From: an uncultured bacterium
GTDB taxonomy: Bacteria > Krumholzibacteriota > Krumholzibacteriia > Krumholzibacteriales > Krumholzibacteriaceae
Direction of reading: 5' to 3'
NCBI GenBank assembly: GCA_963786935.1
Contig: CAWBAN010000001.1
Location: forward strand, 1,056,001-1,120,000
Length of the DNA: 64,000 nt
Shown here: piece after piece, positions 41,402 to 51,459 of the stretch
How positions within the stretch are numbered: position 1 is the first letter of the stretch
Layout: each line of letters starts with the position of its first letter
Program-made: the position numbers and the translations under genes
Notes under the pieces: generated by a model
Database searches by the model: none
The model's input: the letters and a program-made list of their open reading frames with translations, nothing else
Told to the model about the DNA's origin: nothing

Positions 41402-42709
41402 CTAGAATCCGCCGCGGCCGCCTCTGGATCCCCGCGGGGGAGTCGGCATGCCGAACGGCGTGCTGTTCTTCTCCTTCTTCTCGGCTTTCGTGACGCCCGT
41501 GATTACCTTCATGCCCTCTTTCAGCACCCGGCTCGCCTTGACCTCGGTATTGCGCCCGTCCGTCGCGCCGGGAACGAAGAAGGCGACCGCGGGCTCGCCG
41601 TTCTCATCGGCGTAGAACACGCGGCTCGGCGCCGCCCCGCCTTCCGGCCCGCCCCTGCCCCCCGGCGGCCCGAATGAACCAGGGCGCATCCCGCCGCCGT
41701 GCGTTCCCGCGACGCGCGTCGAGTCCCCTTCCTCGGGACGGCGTTCCGCCATACGCTTGCGGAAATCCTTCATGATCTTGTCGAGCATCTCCTGATCCGG
41801 CTTGAACTGGATCGCCGAATTGGGAACGAGGAGCACGTCGTTCTTCTCGTCGATGACGAAATCGACGGTCGCCGTCATTCCCGGAAGGAGCTTCCCGCTC
41901 TCGTTCGAGGCATCCACGACGACGGTGTAGTTCACGACGTTCTGAATGATCGTCGACTGCAGCCGCACTTGGCGCACCTGCCCCACAAAGACATCGTCCG
42001 GATAGGCCTGAACGGTGAACGAGACGCGTTGCCCTTCCTTGATGAGGCCGATGTCGCTCTCGTCGACGTTCGCCTCGATCTGCATCGACTTCAGGTCGCT
42101 CGCGATGATGAACAGCGTCGGGGCCTGGAAGCTCGCCTGGATCGTCTGCCCCGCGTCGACGTTCCGCTGGATGACGGTGCCGTCGATCGGCGAGGTGATC
42201 GTCGTGTACTCGAGGTTCTTCAAGGCGCGCTTGAGCGCCGCCTCGGAGGAATTGTACGAGGCGAGCGCGGCGTCGTAGCTCGTTTTGAACGATACGAACT
42301 CGGTCGCGGAGAGGTAGCCGGCCTCGTAGAGCGGCTTGTTGCGGTTGTACTCCGCCTCGGCCTGATCGCGCTGCGCCCTGCTCCGCACGAGCCCCGCGCG
42401 GGCGTCGAAGGCCTGCGCCGCGACGATGGTCGTATCGAGCACGGCGAGCACCTGCCCCTTCCGCACCGCGCTGTTGAAATCGGCGTACAGCTTGTCGATG
42501 ATGCCCGACACCTGCGCCCCGACCTCGACCGTGTTCACGGCGCTGATCGTGCCCGTGCTCGAGATGGTGTTCTCGATGTCGCCCCGCTTCACCTCGGACA
42601 GCTGCAGCTCGCCGCCGTTTTTCGGGCTCCGGACCTTCCTGACGACACCGATCCCGACGGCGACGGCGGCGACGATACAGACGACGATCAGAATCGTTCT
42701 CTTCCTCAT
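41402..42709 (-). CDS. MacA-like efflux membrane fusion protein
   Basis: 'VEVGAQVSG', 'SPIDG', 'VDESDI', 'LLPGMTA'. Confidence 0.92.
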   Translation of the reverse strand: MRKRTILIVVCIVAAVAVGIGVVRKVRSPKNGGELQLSEVKRGDIENTISSTGTISAVNTVEVGAQVSGIIDKLYADFNSAVRKGQVLAVLDTTIVAAQAFDARAGLVRSRAQRDQAEAEYNRNKPLYEAGYLSATEFVSFKTSYDAALASYNSSEAALKRALKNLEYTTITSPIDGTVIQRNVDAGQTIQASFQAPTLFIIASDLKSMQIEANVDESDIGLIKEGQRVSFTVQAYPDDVFVGQVRQVRLQSTIIQNVVNYTVVVDASNESGKLLPGMTATVDFVIDEKNDVLLVPNSAIQFKPDQEMLDKIMKDFRKRMAERRPEEGDSTRVAGTHGGGMRPGSFGPPGGRGGPEGGAAPSRVFYADENGEPAVAFFVPGATDGRNTEVKASRVLKEGMKVITGVTKAEKKEKNSTPFGMPTPPRGSRGGRGGF

Positions 42710-42754
42710 GCCGGTACTCCTCTCACGACGCGCGCGATCGAATCCGTCGCGCGC

Positions 42755-44119
42755 TCACTCGAACAGCGGCATCGCTTTGTCGATGCCTCCCGAATAGTAC
42801 AGAACGGCGATGCCCTTCACGAGGTGGGCGTATTTCGCGTTGAGAAAATTATAGGAGCTCTGGAGATTCGACGCCCGCACCTGCGTCAGGTCCACGAGCG
42901 TCGATGCTCCGACCTTGTACCGCTCCTCCATGTTCTTGAGCGCCTGCTCGCTGTACGCGAGCTGCGCCCGGGTCACCTCGACCGCCTTCCCGGCCGTCGC
43001 GTAATCCTCGAGCGCCTGCCGGATCTCGACCTCCGTCTGCAGCACGAGCTTCTCGACCCCGAGCTGCGCCTGCCGGAGCCCGACCTTCGCCTGGGCCACG
43101 CTGTGGTAGGTGCTGAGCCGGTCGAAGATCGGGAGCGAAAGCGAGAGCCCGAGCGATCCGTTCAGGTTGTTGTTGTAGAACTGATCGCTGAAATCGTAGC
43201 TCCCCGGGTCGCGGTAGCTCGTACCGGCGCCCGCCGAGAACGACAGCGTCGGCCAGTAGCCCGACCTGCTCGCCGTTATCTGCTTCTTCGCCGCTTCGAC
43301 CTGCAGCCGTTGCGCGGCGAGATCGGCCCTGCTCGCGAGCGCCTCTCCCGCCGCGTCGTCCGGGAGAAACGCGGCGAGCTCCGCGGTGATCCGTTCCGCG
43401 TCCGGGGGAACGATCGTGCACCGGATGCCGGGATCGATCGCCATGATCTCGAGGAGCCCGTACGTGTCGACCTCGAGGTCGCGCCGGGCGAGGAGCAGCC
43501 GCGATTCCGCCTCCGCGGCGATCGCCTGCTGCTGATACAGGTCGACGATCGGACGCTTGCCCGCCGTCGTGAACGCCTCGATCTGGGCGAGCAGGCCCCG
43601 CTGCGCTTCGAGGTATTGCTCGTCGACCCTGATCAGGTCCGCGTCGAGCACGACGAGGACGAATTGCTGCACCGTCTGGAAGATCACCTGCTCGCGGCTC
43701 CGCGTGTAGCTCTTCCGCTGCGCATCGAGCTCGAGTTGGGACTGCCTGAGCGCCGCGGTTCTCCCGAATCCGGTGAACAGGTCGAGCCCCGCGGAAACCG
43801 ACAGGTTCATCGAGCTCGAATGGCTCCATTCGAACCGGTCGGACGCCACCTCGTAATCCTTGCCGTACCCCCGGGACGCTCCCATCGAGAGCCGCACGCT
43901 CGGGAAAAAGTCCATCGTGCTCCTGCCGACCGATATCTCCCGGGATTCCGTTTGGCTGGCCGCTTGCCGCAGATCGACGTTCGACTCGAGCGCGGTCGCG
44001 ATCGCGTCCTTCAGCGCGATCGTCTTCGTTTCCGCTCCCCGCGCCGGTCCCGCGAACGCGGCCGCCAGACACAGGCAGGCGAATACGCCGATCCGGCGCT
44101 TGCTCAATATTCTTCCCAT
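42755..44119 (-). CDS. TolC family outer membrane protein
   Basis: Signal peptide, two OEP repeats ('LSLPIFD', 'ERYKVG'). Confidence 0.9.
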   Translation of the reverse strand: MGRILSKRRIGVFACLCLAAAFAGPARGAETKTIALKDAIATALESNVDLRQAASQTESREISVGRSTMDFFPSVRLSMGASRGYGKDYEVASDRFEWSHSSSMNLSVSAGLDLFTGFGRTAALRQSQLELDAQRKSYTRSREQVIFQTVQQFVLVVLDADLIRVDEQYLEAQRGLLAQIEAFTTAGKRPIVDLYQQQAIAAEAESRLLLARRDLEVDTYGLLEIMAIDPGIRCTIVPPDAERITAELAAFLPDDAAGEALASRADLAAQRLQVEAAKKQITASRSGYWPTLSFSAGAGTSYRDPGSYDFSDQFYNNNLNGSLGLSLSLPIFDRLSTYHSVAQAKVGLRQAQLGVEKLVLQTEVEIRQALEDYATAGKAVEVTRAQLAYSEQALKNMEERYKVGASTLVDLTQVRASNLQSSYNFLNAKYAHLVKGIAVLYYSGGIDKAMPLFE

Positions 44120-44123
44120 AGAG

Positions 44124-44576
44124 TCACTCCCCCGGTCCTTCCCCGTGCGGCCCGCCGTCCCACCCGGGCCGCTGAGACTCCCGCTTCTCCATATCCCGGA
44201 GCATCCGCTCGATGCGGGCGTCGAACTTCGCCTGCTGCTCCGGCGTCAGCACGTCCCGGATCTTCGCCTCCATCTCGCTCATGACCTTTCTCACTTCGGT
44301 TCGCGCCTGCGTCCGAAACTCCTCGAATCGCGGACCGTATTCCTTGACGATCTTATCGACTTCGGCGCGCTGGTCGCTCGTGAGCCCCAGATCCGCCGTG
44401 AGCCGTTCCGCGATCGGCTTGTGCATGCCCCGCGGCGGACCGCTCTTCATGACGTGCAGATAATGGCCGCGGATGAGCGCGGTCGCCGAAAGGCCGCCGA
44501 TGATCACGCCGACGATGAACACGGCGATCACGCCGGACCAGAGCTTCCATCTCCCGTTCGTGTTATGTTCCGACAT
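44124..44576 (-). CDS. Spy/CpxP/ZraP-like periplasmic helical protein
   Basis: TM helix, then 'LGLTSDQ' and 'VLTPEQ' (LTxxQ) motifs. Confidence 0.7.
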   Translation of the reverse strand: MSEHNTNGRWKLWSGVIAVFIVGVIIGGLSATALIRGHYLHVMKSGPPRGMHKPIAERLTADLGLTSDQRAEVDKIVKEYGPRFEEFRTQARTEVRKVMSEMEAKIRDVLTPEQQAKFDARIERMLRDMEKRESQRPGWDGGPHGEGPGE

Positions 44577-44599
44577 GGCTCATTCCCCCTTGCCGTCGT

Positions 44600-44905
44600 T
44601 CAGATGATGAAATCGATCGGATCTTCGAGAAATCGCATCGCGAGCTCCTGGTAGTCGAAGAATCCGTTCGTGTACACATACGCGAGCAGGATCAGCGCGA
44701 TGAGGCAGGCCGCGGCGGAGAACCGCCATGCGAACCGACCGACCCGCTGACGGTCGTCAGCCGCCGCGTCGACGGCTCCCGCCCGCCGTATCTCGCGCAT
44801 CGCCGCGCCGCGCCAGTCTCCCGCGGGCGGCGGACATTCCCGCGAACGGCACGCGGCATAGAGGCGCGATTCGAGATCATCGATTCTTCCGGAAGTTCGT
44901 TTCAT
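44600..44905 (-). CDS. Putative anti-sigma factor (single TM)
   Basis: Overlaps the sigma gene 3' end; short cytoplasmic part plus TM helix. Confidence 0.6.
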   Translation of the reverse strand: MKRTSGRIDDLESRLYAACRSRECPPPAGDWRGAAMREIRRAGAVDAAADDRQRVGRFAWRFSAAACLIALILLAYVYTNGFFDYQELAMRFLEDPIDFII

Positions 44906-45506
44906 TGTTCTCCTCCTCCCCGGCGATGAGCCGCTCGAGGACGGCGCGCAGCTTCTTCCGCGAACGATGCGCGCGAACCTTGACGTTGACCGTGCTCCAT
45001 CCGAGCAGCGCGGCGGCCTCGGCCACCGGCCGCTCCTCGATATGGACGAGCTCGAGCACCGCGCGATCCTCCGGCGAAAGCCGGTCGAGCGCCCACGCGA
45101 GAAGCTCGCGCGCCTCGCCTCTCTCCGCGCCGTCGGCGTGCGACCGCGCCGCTTCCTCCGATACCGCGCGCGCGAGCCCCCGCGCCTGATCCTCGGTGAG
45201 CGCGCTCAGCGGCCGTTCGCGGCGCCGGTACCGCTCGCGCCAGTAATCGAAGCAGGCGCGCACTGCTATCTTCGAGAGCCACCATTTGAAATCACCTTTT
45301 CCCGCGTACGAGGAGAGCGACAGATACGCGCGGACGAAAATATCCTGGACGACCTCCTCGACGTCGGCACGCGCCACGCGTCGCCCCGCGATCCGGGAGA
45401 CATGCTCCGCGTAACGATCCATGATGGATTCGAACGCGTCGACGTCGCCGCCGAGCACGCGCTCGATCACCGCTCCGTCGCTTTCATATGCGGCATCCTC
45501 ATTCAT
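44877..45506 (-). CDS. ECF RNA polymerase sigma factor (start may be 45560)
   Basis: 'GDVDAF', 'EEVVQDIF', 'WLSKIA', region 4 'EAAALLGWSTVNVKVRAHR'. Confidence 0.92.
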   Translation of the reverse strand: MNEDAAYESDGAVIERVLGGDVDAFESIMDRYAEHVSRIAGRRVARADVEEVVQDIFVRAYLSLSSYAGKGDFKWWLSKIAVRACFDYWRERYRRRERPLSALTEDQARGLARAVSEEAARSHADGAERGEARELLAWALDRLSPEDRAVLELVHIEERPVAEAAALLGWSTVNVKVRAHRSRKKLRAVLERLIAGEEENNETNFRKNR

Positions 45507-45566
45507 CGAGCGTATAATAACGGTTTGTTGCGTCATCTGTCCAATCCTTGGGCCGGACATGCTGTA

Positions 45567-45595
45567 TCGTCGCGGCCGGGGGGCAAGCGGTTACA
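45567..45595 (-). promoter_or_regulatory. ECF-type promoter for the sigma operon
   Basis: TGTAACC-N16-CGACGA. Confidence 0.75.
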
Positions 45596-45616
45596 TCCGA
45601 ATCGACGGAATTTCTC

Positions 45617-45645
45617 TGTAACCGTCGTGCGGCGCGCCGCGACGA
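45617..45645 (+). promoter_or_regulatory. ECF-type promoter for the divergent lipoprotein gene
   Basis: TGTAACC-N16-CGACGA, same boxes as the minus-strand copy. Confidence 0.75.
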
Positions 45646-45687
45646 ACGGGAATGAACCCCACTGTTCCCCGAGAAAGGACGGAACCG

Positions 45688-46626
45688 ATGAAAAGAGCCT
45701 TCACCCCGTGGCTCGGCATCCTCGCGGTGTCCGCCGCGGCAGCGCTCATACTCGCCGGGTGCCTCGAAGACAAGCTCCAGAGCGTGTGGCCCGATCGAGA
45801 GATCTCGATCGATGGAAAGAATTCCGAGTGGGCTGGCCGTGAGGCGCACTACGACGAGCAGGAGGCCTTCAAAATCGGCTTCTACAACGACGCGCAATAT
45901 CTGTACGTGTACCTTGCGACATGGAGCCGGCAGAAACAGATGCAGATTCTCACGAACGGTCTCACCGTCTGGATCGACCGAACCGGCAAGAAACAGCAGA
46001 CCCTCGGTGTCAATTACCCCGTGAAACGGCTCATGCCCGACTCGGCCGGGGCGCCTGATGGCATGCCGGCGGGGCTGCGCGAGGCGGGAGGGCCGGGCGG
46101 GCTCCCGAACGCCCCGGAAGGAAACCGGCAGGCGATCGCCCGGGAGGTGCTCGCGGAAGCGCGGAGCGAGATGACGGTGATCGGCGTGGGCGGCGAGCCG
46201 CTCGCCTCCATCTCCGCGGCGGACGGCGAACACGCCGGAATCGACGCGATGATCGATTACGCCAATCGAACCCTCATCTACGAATTGCGGATACCGCTGG
46301 CGGCGTCCGACAGTCTGCCGTTCGCCGTCGGCGCCGCGCCCGGCGCCACGATCGGCGTCGGCTTCAAGATCGGAAAAAGGGAGATGCCTTCGATGAAGGG
46401 CTCGGGGCAGCGCCCTCCCGAAGGAATGCCTTCCGGCGGGGGTACGGGAGGCCCCGAAGGGGGCATGGGCGGAGGCGGAATGGGCGGTCCCGGAGGAGGC
46501 ATGGGCAGCCCCCCTGGAGGAGGCATGGGCGGCGCGGGGAGCCCGGGCGGCATGTCGGCCGAACCGCTCGAGTACTGGGCCAAGGTCAAGCTCGCCGCGG
46601 CGCCTTCGACGGCCGCGCTCAAATAG
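45688..46626 (+). CDS. Lipoprotein with a Gly/Met/Pro-rich insert
   Basis: Lipobox 'LAGC'; SD AAAGGA; GGM repeats near the C-terminus. Confidence 0.75.
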   Translation: MKRAFTPWLGILAVSAAAALILAGCLEDKLQSVWPDREISIDGKNSEWAGREAHYDEQEAFKIGFYNDAQYLYVYLATWSRQKQMQILTNGLTVWIDRTGKKQQTLGVNYPVKRLMPDSAGAPDGMPAGLREAGGPGGLPNAPEGNRQAIAREVLAEARSEMTVIGVGGEPLASISAADGEHAGIDAMIDYANRTLIYELRIPLAASDSLPFAVGAAPGATIGVGFKIGKREMPSMKGSGQRPPEGMPSGGGTGGPEGGMGGGGMGGPGGGMGSPPGGGMGGAGSPGGMSAEPLEYWAKVKLAAAPSTAALK

Positions 46627-46714
46627 ACTCTCCGCGTCCAAAGCGCCATTGCGCGCCGATGCCGGCGCCCGATGGAGCTTTACCGCGCGCGGGCTTTCGA
46701 TTACACTCGCGCCC

Positions 46715-47620
46715 ATGTCGGCACGGCACGCGCATCGGCCCAAATCGGGAACCCCCCTCGGCCCTCTTGAGGAGTACCGGGGCGTCGAGAAGCGGAAGCT
46801 CAAGCTGACCATGGCCATCACGGGAACGGTCATGGCGCTCGAGATCGCCGGGGGCATACTGACGCGAAGCCTGGCCCTCCTCAGCGACGCGGGCCACATG
46901 TTTACCCATTTCTTCGCCCTCGGCGTCGCTTTCGCGGCGATCAGGATCGCCTGCGCCGAGCCGTGCCACCATCGCACCTACGGATACTTCCGGGCCGAGA
47001 TACTCGCCGCGCTCTTCAACGGCGTCTTCCTCTTCGCCGTGACGGCGTACATCCTCGCCGCGGGGATCAAACGGCTTCTGCACCCGGAGCCCGTGCTCGG
47101 CCTTCAGATGCTGCTCGTGGCGGTCATCGGGCTCGCCGTGAACGTCGCGAGCGTGGCGATCCTGCGCGGGAGCGCCCGGAACGACCTCAACGTGAGGGGC
47201 GCGTTCCTCCACGTCATGGCCGACACCTTCTCCTCCGTCGTCATCATCGCCGGGGCGATCGTCATTCATTTCACGCGCTGGTATTTCATCGATCCGCTGC
47301 TCGCGATCGGCATCTCGATCGTGATCGCCGTGTGGGCGTGGAGCCTCCTCAGGGATTCCGTCGAGATCCTTCTCGAGGTCGCCCCGCGGGGCGTCAACGT
47401 CGACGTCGTGAGCGCCGAGCTGAGGAGCGCCGTACCGGAGATCGCGGCGATCCACGACATGCATATCTGGGTGATCACCTCGAACATGTATTCGCTGACG
47501 GCGCATATCGCGCTGGCGCCGGACGCGGCGCCGCGATCGAGGGAGATACTCGAGAGGATCAACGGGCTGCTCGACGAGAAATTCGACATCGATCACACGA
47601 CGATACAGATCGACGCCTGA
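46715..47620 (+). CDS. Cation diffusion facilitator (CzcD/ZitB-like)
   Basis: 'SLALLSDAGHM', 'TYGYFRAEILAA', 'NVRGAFLHVMAD', 'HDMHIW', 'HTTIQ'. Confidence 0.92.
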   Translation: MSARHAHRPKSGTPLGPLEEYRGVEKRKLKLTMAITGTVMALEIAGGILTRSLALLSDAGHMFTHFFALGVAFAAIRIACAEPCHHRTYGYFRAEILAALFNGVFLFAVTAYILAAGIKRLLHPEPVLGLQMLLVAVIGLAVNVASVAILRGSARNDLNVRGAFLHVMADTFSSVVIIAGAIVIHFTRWYFIDPLLAIGISIVIAVWAWSLLRDSVEILLEVAPRGVNVDVVSAELRSAVPEIAAIHDMHIWVITSNMYSLTAHIALAPDAAPRSREILERINGLLDEKFDIDHTTIQIDA

Positions 47621-47650
47621 TACGGCCGACGGGCGGCCGCGCGACGGGCC

Positions 47651-48130
47651 TCAGACGCCTTTCGCGAGACGATCGGGCACCTGCACGGCGACGACTTCTC
47701 CGCGGACGGTGATCTCGCCCCGCGCCGCGATCGTCGCGGTCACGACGACCTTGCGCCCCTTGATCTCCTTGACGCGCGCGCGCAGCTCGAGGGGAACGCC
47801 GATCGGCGTCGGGAGCTTGTACTCCACGTGAAGCGATGCGGTGACGAACCGGAACGGGGGGTCCGATCCCATCTCCCGCCCCGCCTCCCGGTACGCGGCC
47901 GCCGAGGCCGTGCCGGTGCCGTGGCAGTCGACGAGGGACGCGAGCAGCCCCCCGTACACGTAGCCCGGAATCGCCGTGTGGTACGGCTTCGGCTCGAAAA
48001 CGGCGACCGCCTCGTCCCCGTCCCAGAAGCTCCGGATGTGGAGCCCGTGCTCGTTGAGCCGGCCGCATCCGTAGCATTGGGCGAAATGATCCGGGTAGTA
48101 ATCCTGAAACGCCTTTTCCTGAGGATTCAT
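47651..48130 (-). CDS. PaaI-like hotdog thioesterase
   Basis: 'CYGCG..N..GL', 'YGGLLASLVDCH', 'VTASL'. Confidence 0.85.
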   Translation of the reverse strand: MNPQEKAFQDYYPDHFAQCYGCGRLNEHGLHIRSFWDGDEAVAVFEPKPYHTAIPGYVYGGLLASLVDCHGTGTASAAAYREAGREMGSDPPFRFVTASLHVEYKLPTPIGVPLELRARVKEIKGRKVVVTATIAARGEITVRGEVVAVQVPDRLAKGV

Positions 48131-48158
48131 CGTCTCTCCCGCCGGTAATCAAACGGTA

Positions 48159-49327
48159 TTACTTGAGCGCTTCCTTGCGTCCCGCGTAGTAGTCGCGGTA
48201 GAAGGAGATCGAATTCCAGATTTCCTGCGGAATGACCGGTTTTCCCCGGAGGATGAAGTTCGCCATGTTGCGGCCGACGCCGGGCCCGAGCATGAAGCCC
48301 TGCCCGCACATGCCGACGGCGAGATAGAAGCCCTTCACTTCCTTCACGTGATCGAGGATGATGACGCCGTCGGGGGTCATCGGGTAGAGGCCGCGCCAGA
48401 CGCGCCGGATCAGCATGTTCTTGAGCCGCGGGATGAGATCGATCATGCGCCGCGCGAGAACGGTCATGAACTCCGACGTGTTCTCCCGGTTCGTTCCGAG
48501 GATCAGCTGCAGCGGCGTATAGCAGAAGATCACCTGCCCGCGATCGTTCTGGCCGAAATAGAAGTTCTTCGTCCTGCCTTCGGGGCCGGGGCGCAGATCG
48601 ACGATGAGCGGATGGAAGAAGCGCTCCATGGGCGCGGAGATGCCCCCCTCATGGGAATCGGGCACGACGGGGATATCGATTCCGGCCATTGCTCCGATCT
48701 CCTTCGCGAAGGAACCCGCCGCGTTCACGACGATGTCGGAGTAATACACTCCCGTCCGCGTCTTCACGCCCTTGATCGCGCCGCCCTTCTTCACGAGCCC
48801 GGTCACCGGCTCGCTGAAACGGTATTCGCAGCCCCGATCCTTGCTCTCCTTCCAGAGCGCGGCGGCGTACTTGAGCGGCGACACCTGGCCGTCGCCGGGT
48901 GAGAACGTCCCGCCCCGCAGGCCGTTCTCGTTGATCCCCGGAATGAGCTCCTTGATCCGATCGGGCCCCACCCAGTCGATGTTGAGCCCGTTCCGCTTCT
49001 GAATCGGGAGAATGCCCTTCAGGATGTTCTCTTCCGCCTCGCGGTAGACCGGGAAGCAGTAGCCCCCCGGCACCCACCCGAGATCGATGCCCGTCTTCTC
49101 CTCGAACGTCGAAAAGAACTCGAGGCTCTGCAGGCACAGCGTGATCTTCGCGCCGTCCGAATGCGTCGCGCGGACACCGCCGATGGCCGCCTTGTTCTCC
49201 CCTGTCCCGGCGAGGGCTCCGAGTCGAGCACGAGAACGCTGAGCTTCTCGAGGGTGAGATAGTAGGCGATGGCGAGACCGACGCTTCCCGCTCCGATGAC
49301 GATCGCGTCGTAGTTCGTTTTGCTCAT
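48159..49327 (-). CDS. DAO-family FAD oxidoreductase, sarcosine oxidase beta / proline dehydrogenase beta-like (frameshift near 49200)
   Basis: 'VIGAGSVG', 'VVNAAG', 'WRGLYPMTPDG', 'GMCGQGFMLGP'. Confidence 0.85.
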
Positions 49328-51445
49328 GCCCCACCGCCGTCGCTCCGCGCCCCGGCGAACACGCCGAGTGGAATCTCCGCCGTGAAGGGCCTGTTCGTCG
49401 GGAGCGTGACCTCGGCCGTGTCGACGCCCATCTCGCGATAGAGCCGCAGGATGAGCTCCGTGCAGGTCTTCCCGCCGCAGGCGCCCATGCCGGTCCGGAT
49501 CGTCGCCTTGAGAATGTTCATGTCGCGCACGCCGGCGCGGATCTCCGCGCGGACCTCTCCCGCGGTGATGCGCTCGCACCGGCAGATGATCGTGTCGTCG
49601 CTCACCGGCTCGCCGCTCCATGCCCCGGCCTCCCCCGCCTCCGGCGTGAGGACGCTGAATCCCGCGACCGAATACGCCTCGCCCGCGGGAACCTCGATGG
49701 AGACGATTTTCCGTTTCGCGTCGATATTCGACGTGCGGAAGGCAACGATTCTGCCCCGGCCGACGGCGTTTCCCTCCATGTCGACCGTCTCGACGCGCCG
49801 CCCCGCGACGAGATCCGTCGCCTCCAGCTCGTAGGGAAGCACGAGGAGCGAGGTCTTAGCCCCGGCGTCGTATTCGGGCATGATGAGCCCGATGGCGAGC
49901 CCCGGGCAGACGGCGACGCAGTTCCCGCAGCCGATGCAGTCCCCGCTGAACGCGGGATTGTTCATGATCGAATCGCCGCCCAGAGCGATGCTGTTCCGCG
50001 GACAGGAATCCGCGCACGGATTGCAGGGGATCTCCTGCACGCAGCGGATGAGGGGATAGACGCGCTTGTCGAGCCGAGGAAGATCACGGCGCCGTCGTTT
50101 TCCCGGGCTTGCTCCGCAGGATCGACGCGGTCGATGTCCATTCGTCCGGTATATCGATCCGGTATCCGATGGAGCGCGCGATCGTTCTCCCCGTGATCTT
50201 GCCGCTGAAAATCGCGGCGGAGGCTTCGGCGATCTCCTCGGCGTCCCCCGCCTTGTAGCATTCGATGCCGTACGCGAGGAGCTTCTCGTAGAGCTCGTTC
50301 ACCGGGGCCAGTCCGACAGCGATGAGGAGCGTGTCCACCTTGAATGACCGCTCGGTGCCCGCGATCGGCTTGAAATTCCGGTCGATGCCGGCGATCGTGA
50401 TCTTCTCGAGCTTCTCGGTTCCTTCCGCCTTCAGCACCGTATGCGAGGTCAGAACCGGCACGCCGAGGCGGCGGAGCTTGTCGAGGTGCACCTTGTAGCC
50501 GCCGCACTGCGGCAGCGCTTCGACGAGACCGACAACCTTGATGCCCGCCTGGATCGCGTGGTATCCCGTGATGAGTCCGACGTTCCCCCCGCCGACGATG
50601 AAGAGCCGCTCGGTGGGCCGCACGAGATCGCGGTTCAGGAGGGTCTGGAAGGCGCCGGCGCCGTACACCCCCGGCAGATCGCAGCCGGGGAACGCGAGAT
50701 TCTTCTCGCGCGCGCCGCACGCGACGAGCGCCACCCGGGGCTGCACGAGCATGAAATTATCGCCCTGCTGGAGACCGACCTTCTTGTCGTAGAACGCGCC
50801 GACGGCGGTCGTTCCGAGCATGACGGAGACGGAAGGGTATTTCTCGAGCCGGTGCGTGAGGATGCGTGCGATCTCGATGCCGCGCGTGCCCGCGTAGCAG
50901 TCGTCGCGCGAGCCGAAAAACGTGTGTGTCTGCAGGGTGAGCTTTCCGCCGAACTCGTTCTTGTCGTCCACGACGAGCGTCTTCGCGCCGAGCACGCCGA
51001 GCTCGATCGCGGCGTTGATGCCGGCGGGACCGCCCCCGATGACGAGCACGTCGGTTTCGATCGTCGGAATCTCCCGGAACGCCGGGAGATCGTCATCCGC
51101 GGGCAGCGCGGGCAGCCCCTCGCAGCTCCTGACGTCCATGCCGGCGCTCACCGGCATCATGCATCCCTTGACCGGCAGGCCGTCGACGAACACGGTGCAC
51201 TGGCTGCACTGGCCGTTCGCGCAGAAGATGCCCTGGGGGCTGCCGTCGCGCGGATGGTGGCCGAACACCTGCACGCCGTTGGCGAAGAGCGCCGTCGTGA
51301 TGACTTCCCCTTCGTACGCCTTCATCTCGAGGCCGTTGAACGTGAAGGAGAGCTCCGTGCGCGGAACTACGGGAAGGATCGGGTGGCTCCGCACGCGGAA
51401 CGCGCCGGGGGCCGCCTGTTTCGTTTCGCTTTTTGCGCGGGACAT
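49324..51445 (-). CDS. Sarcosine oxidase alpha / proline dehydrogenase alpha-like protein: 2Fe-2S, FAD, 2x4Fe-4S and BFD-like domains (frameshift near 50085)
   Basis: 'GIFCANGQCSQC', 'IGGGPAG', 'GGGNVG', 'CVQEIPCNPC', 'CIGCGNCVAVCPG', 'ICRCE...GMGACGGKTC'. Confidence 0.82.
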
Positions 51446-51459
51446 CGTATTCGACTCCG

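Noticed and set aside
37155..47620. Genomic island at tRNA-Thr (also considered for tRNA-Sec and tRNA-Phe)
   Set aside because: I saw no integrase and no duplicated tRNA 3' end, and the accessory-looking genes lie on the 5' side of the tRNA.
50060..50095. TGA at 50084-50086 as a selenocysteine codon in the dehydrogenase alpha subunit
   Set aside because: The homologous continuation (YPLIRCVQEIPCNPC) is in a different frame, so this is a frameshift, not UGA readthrough.
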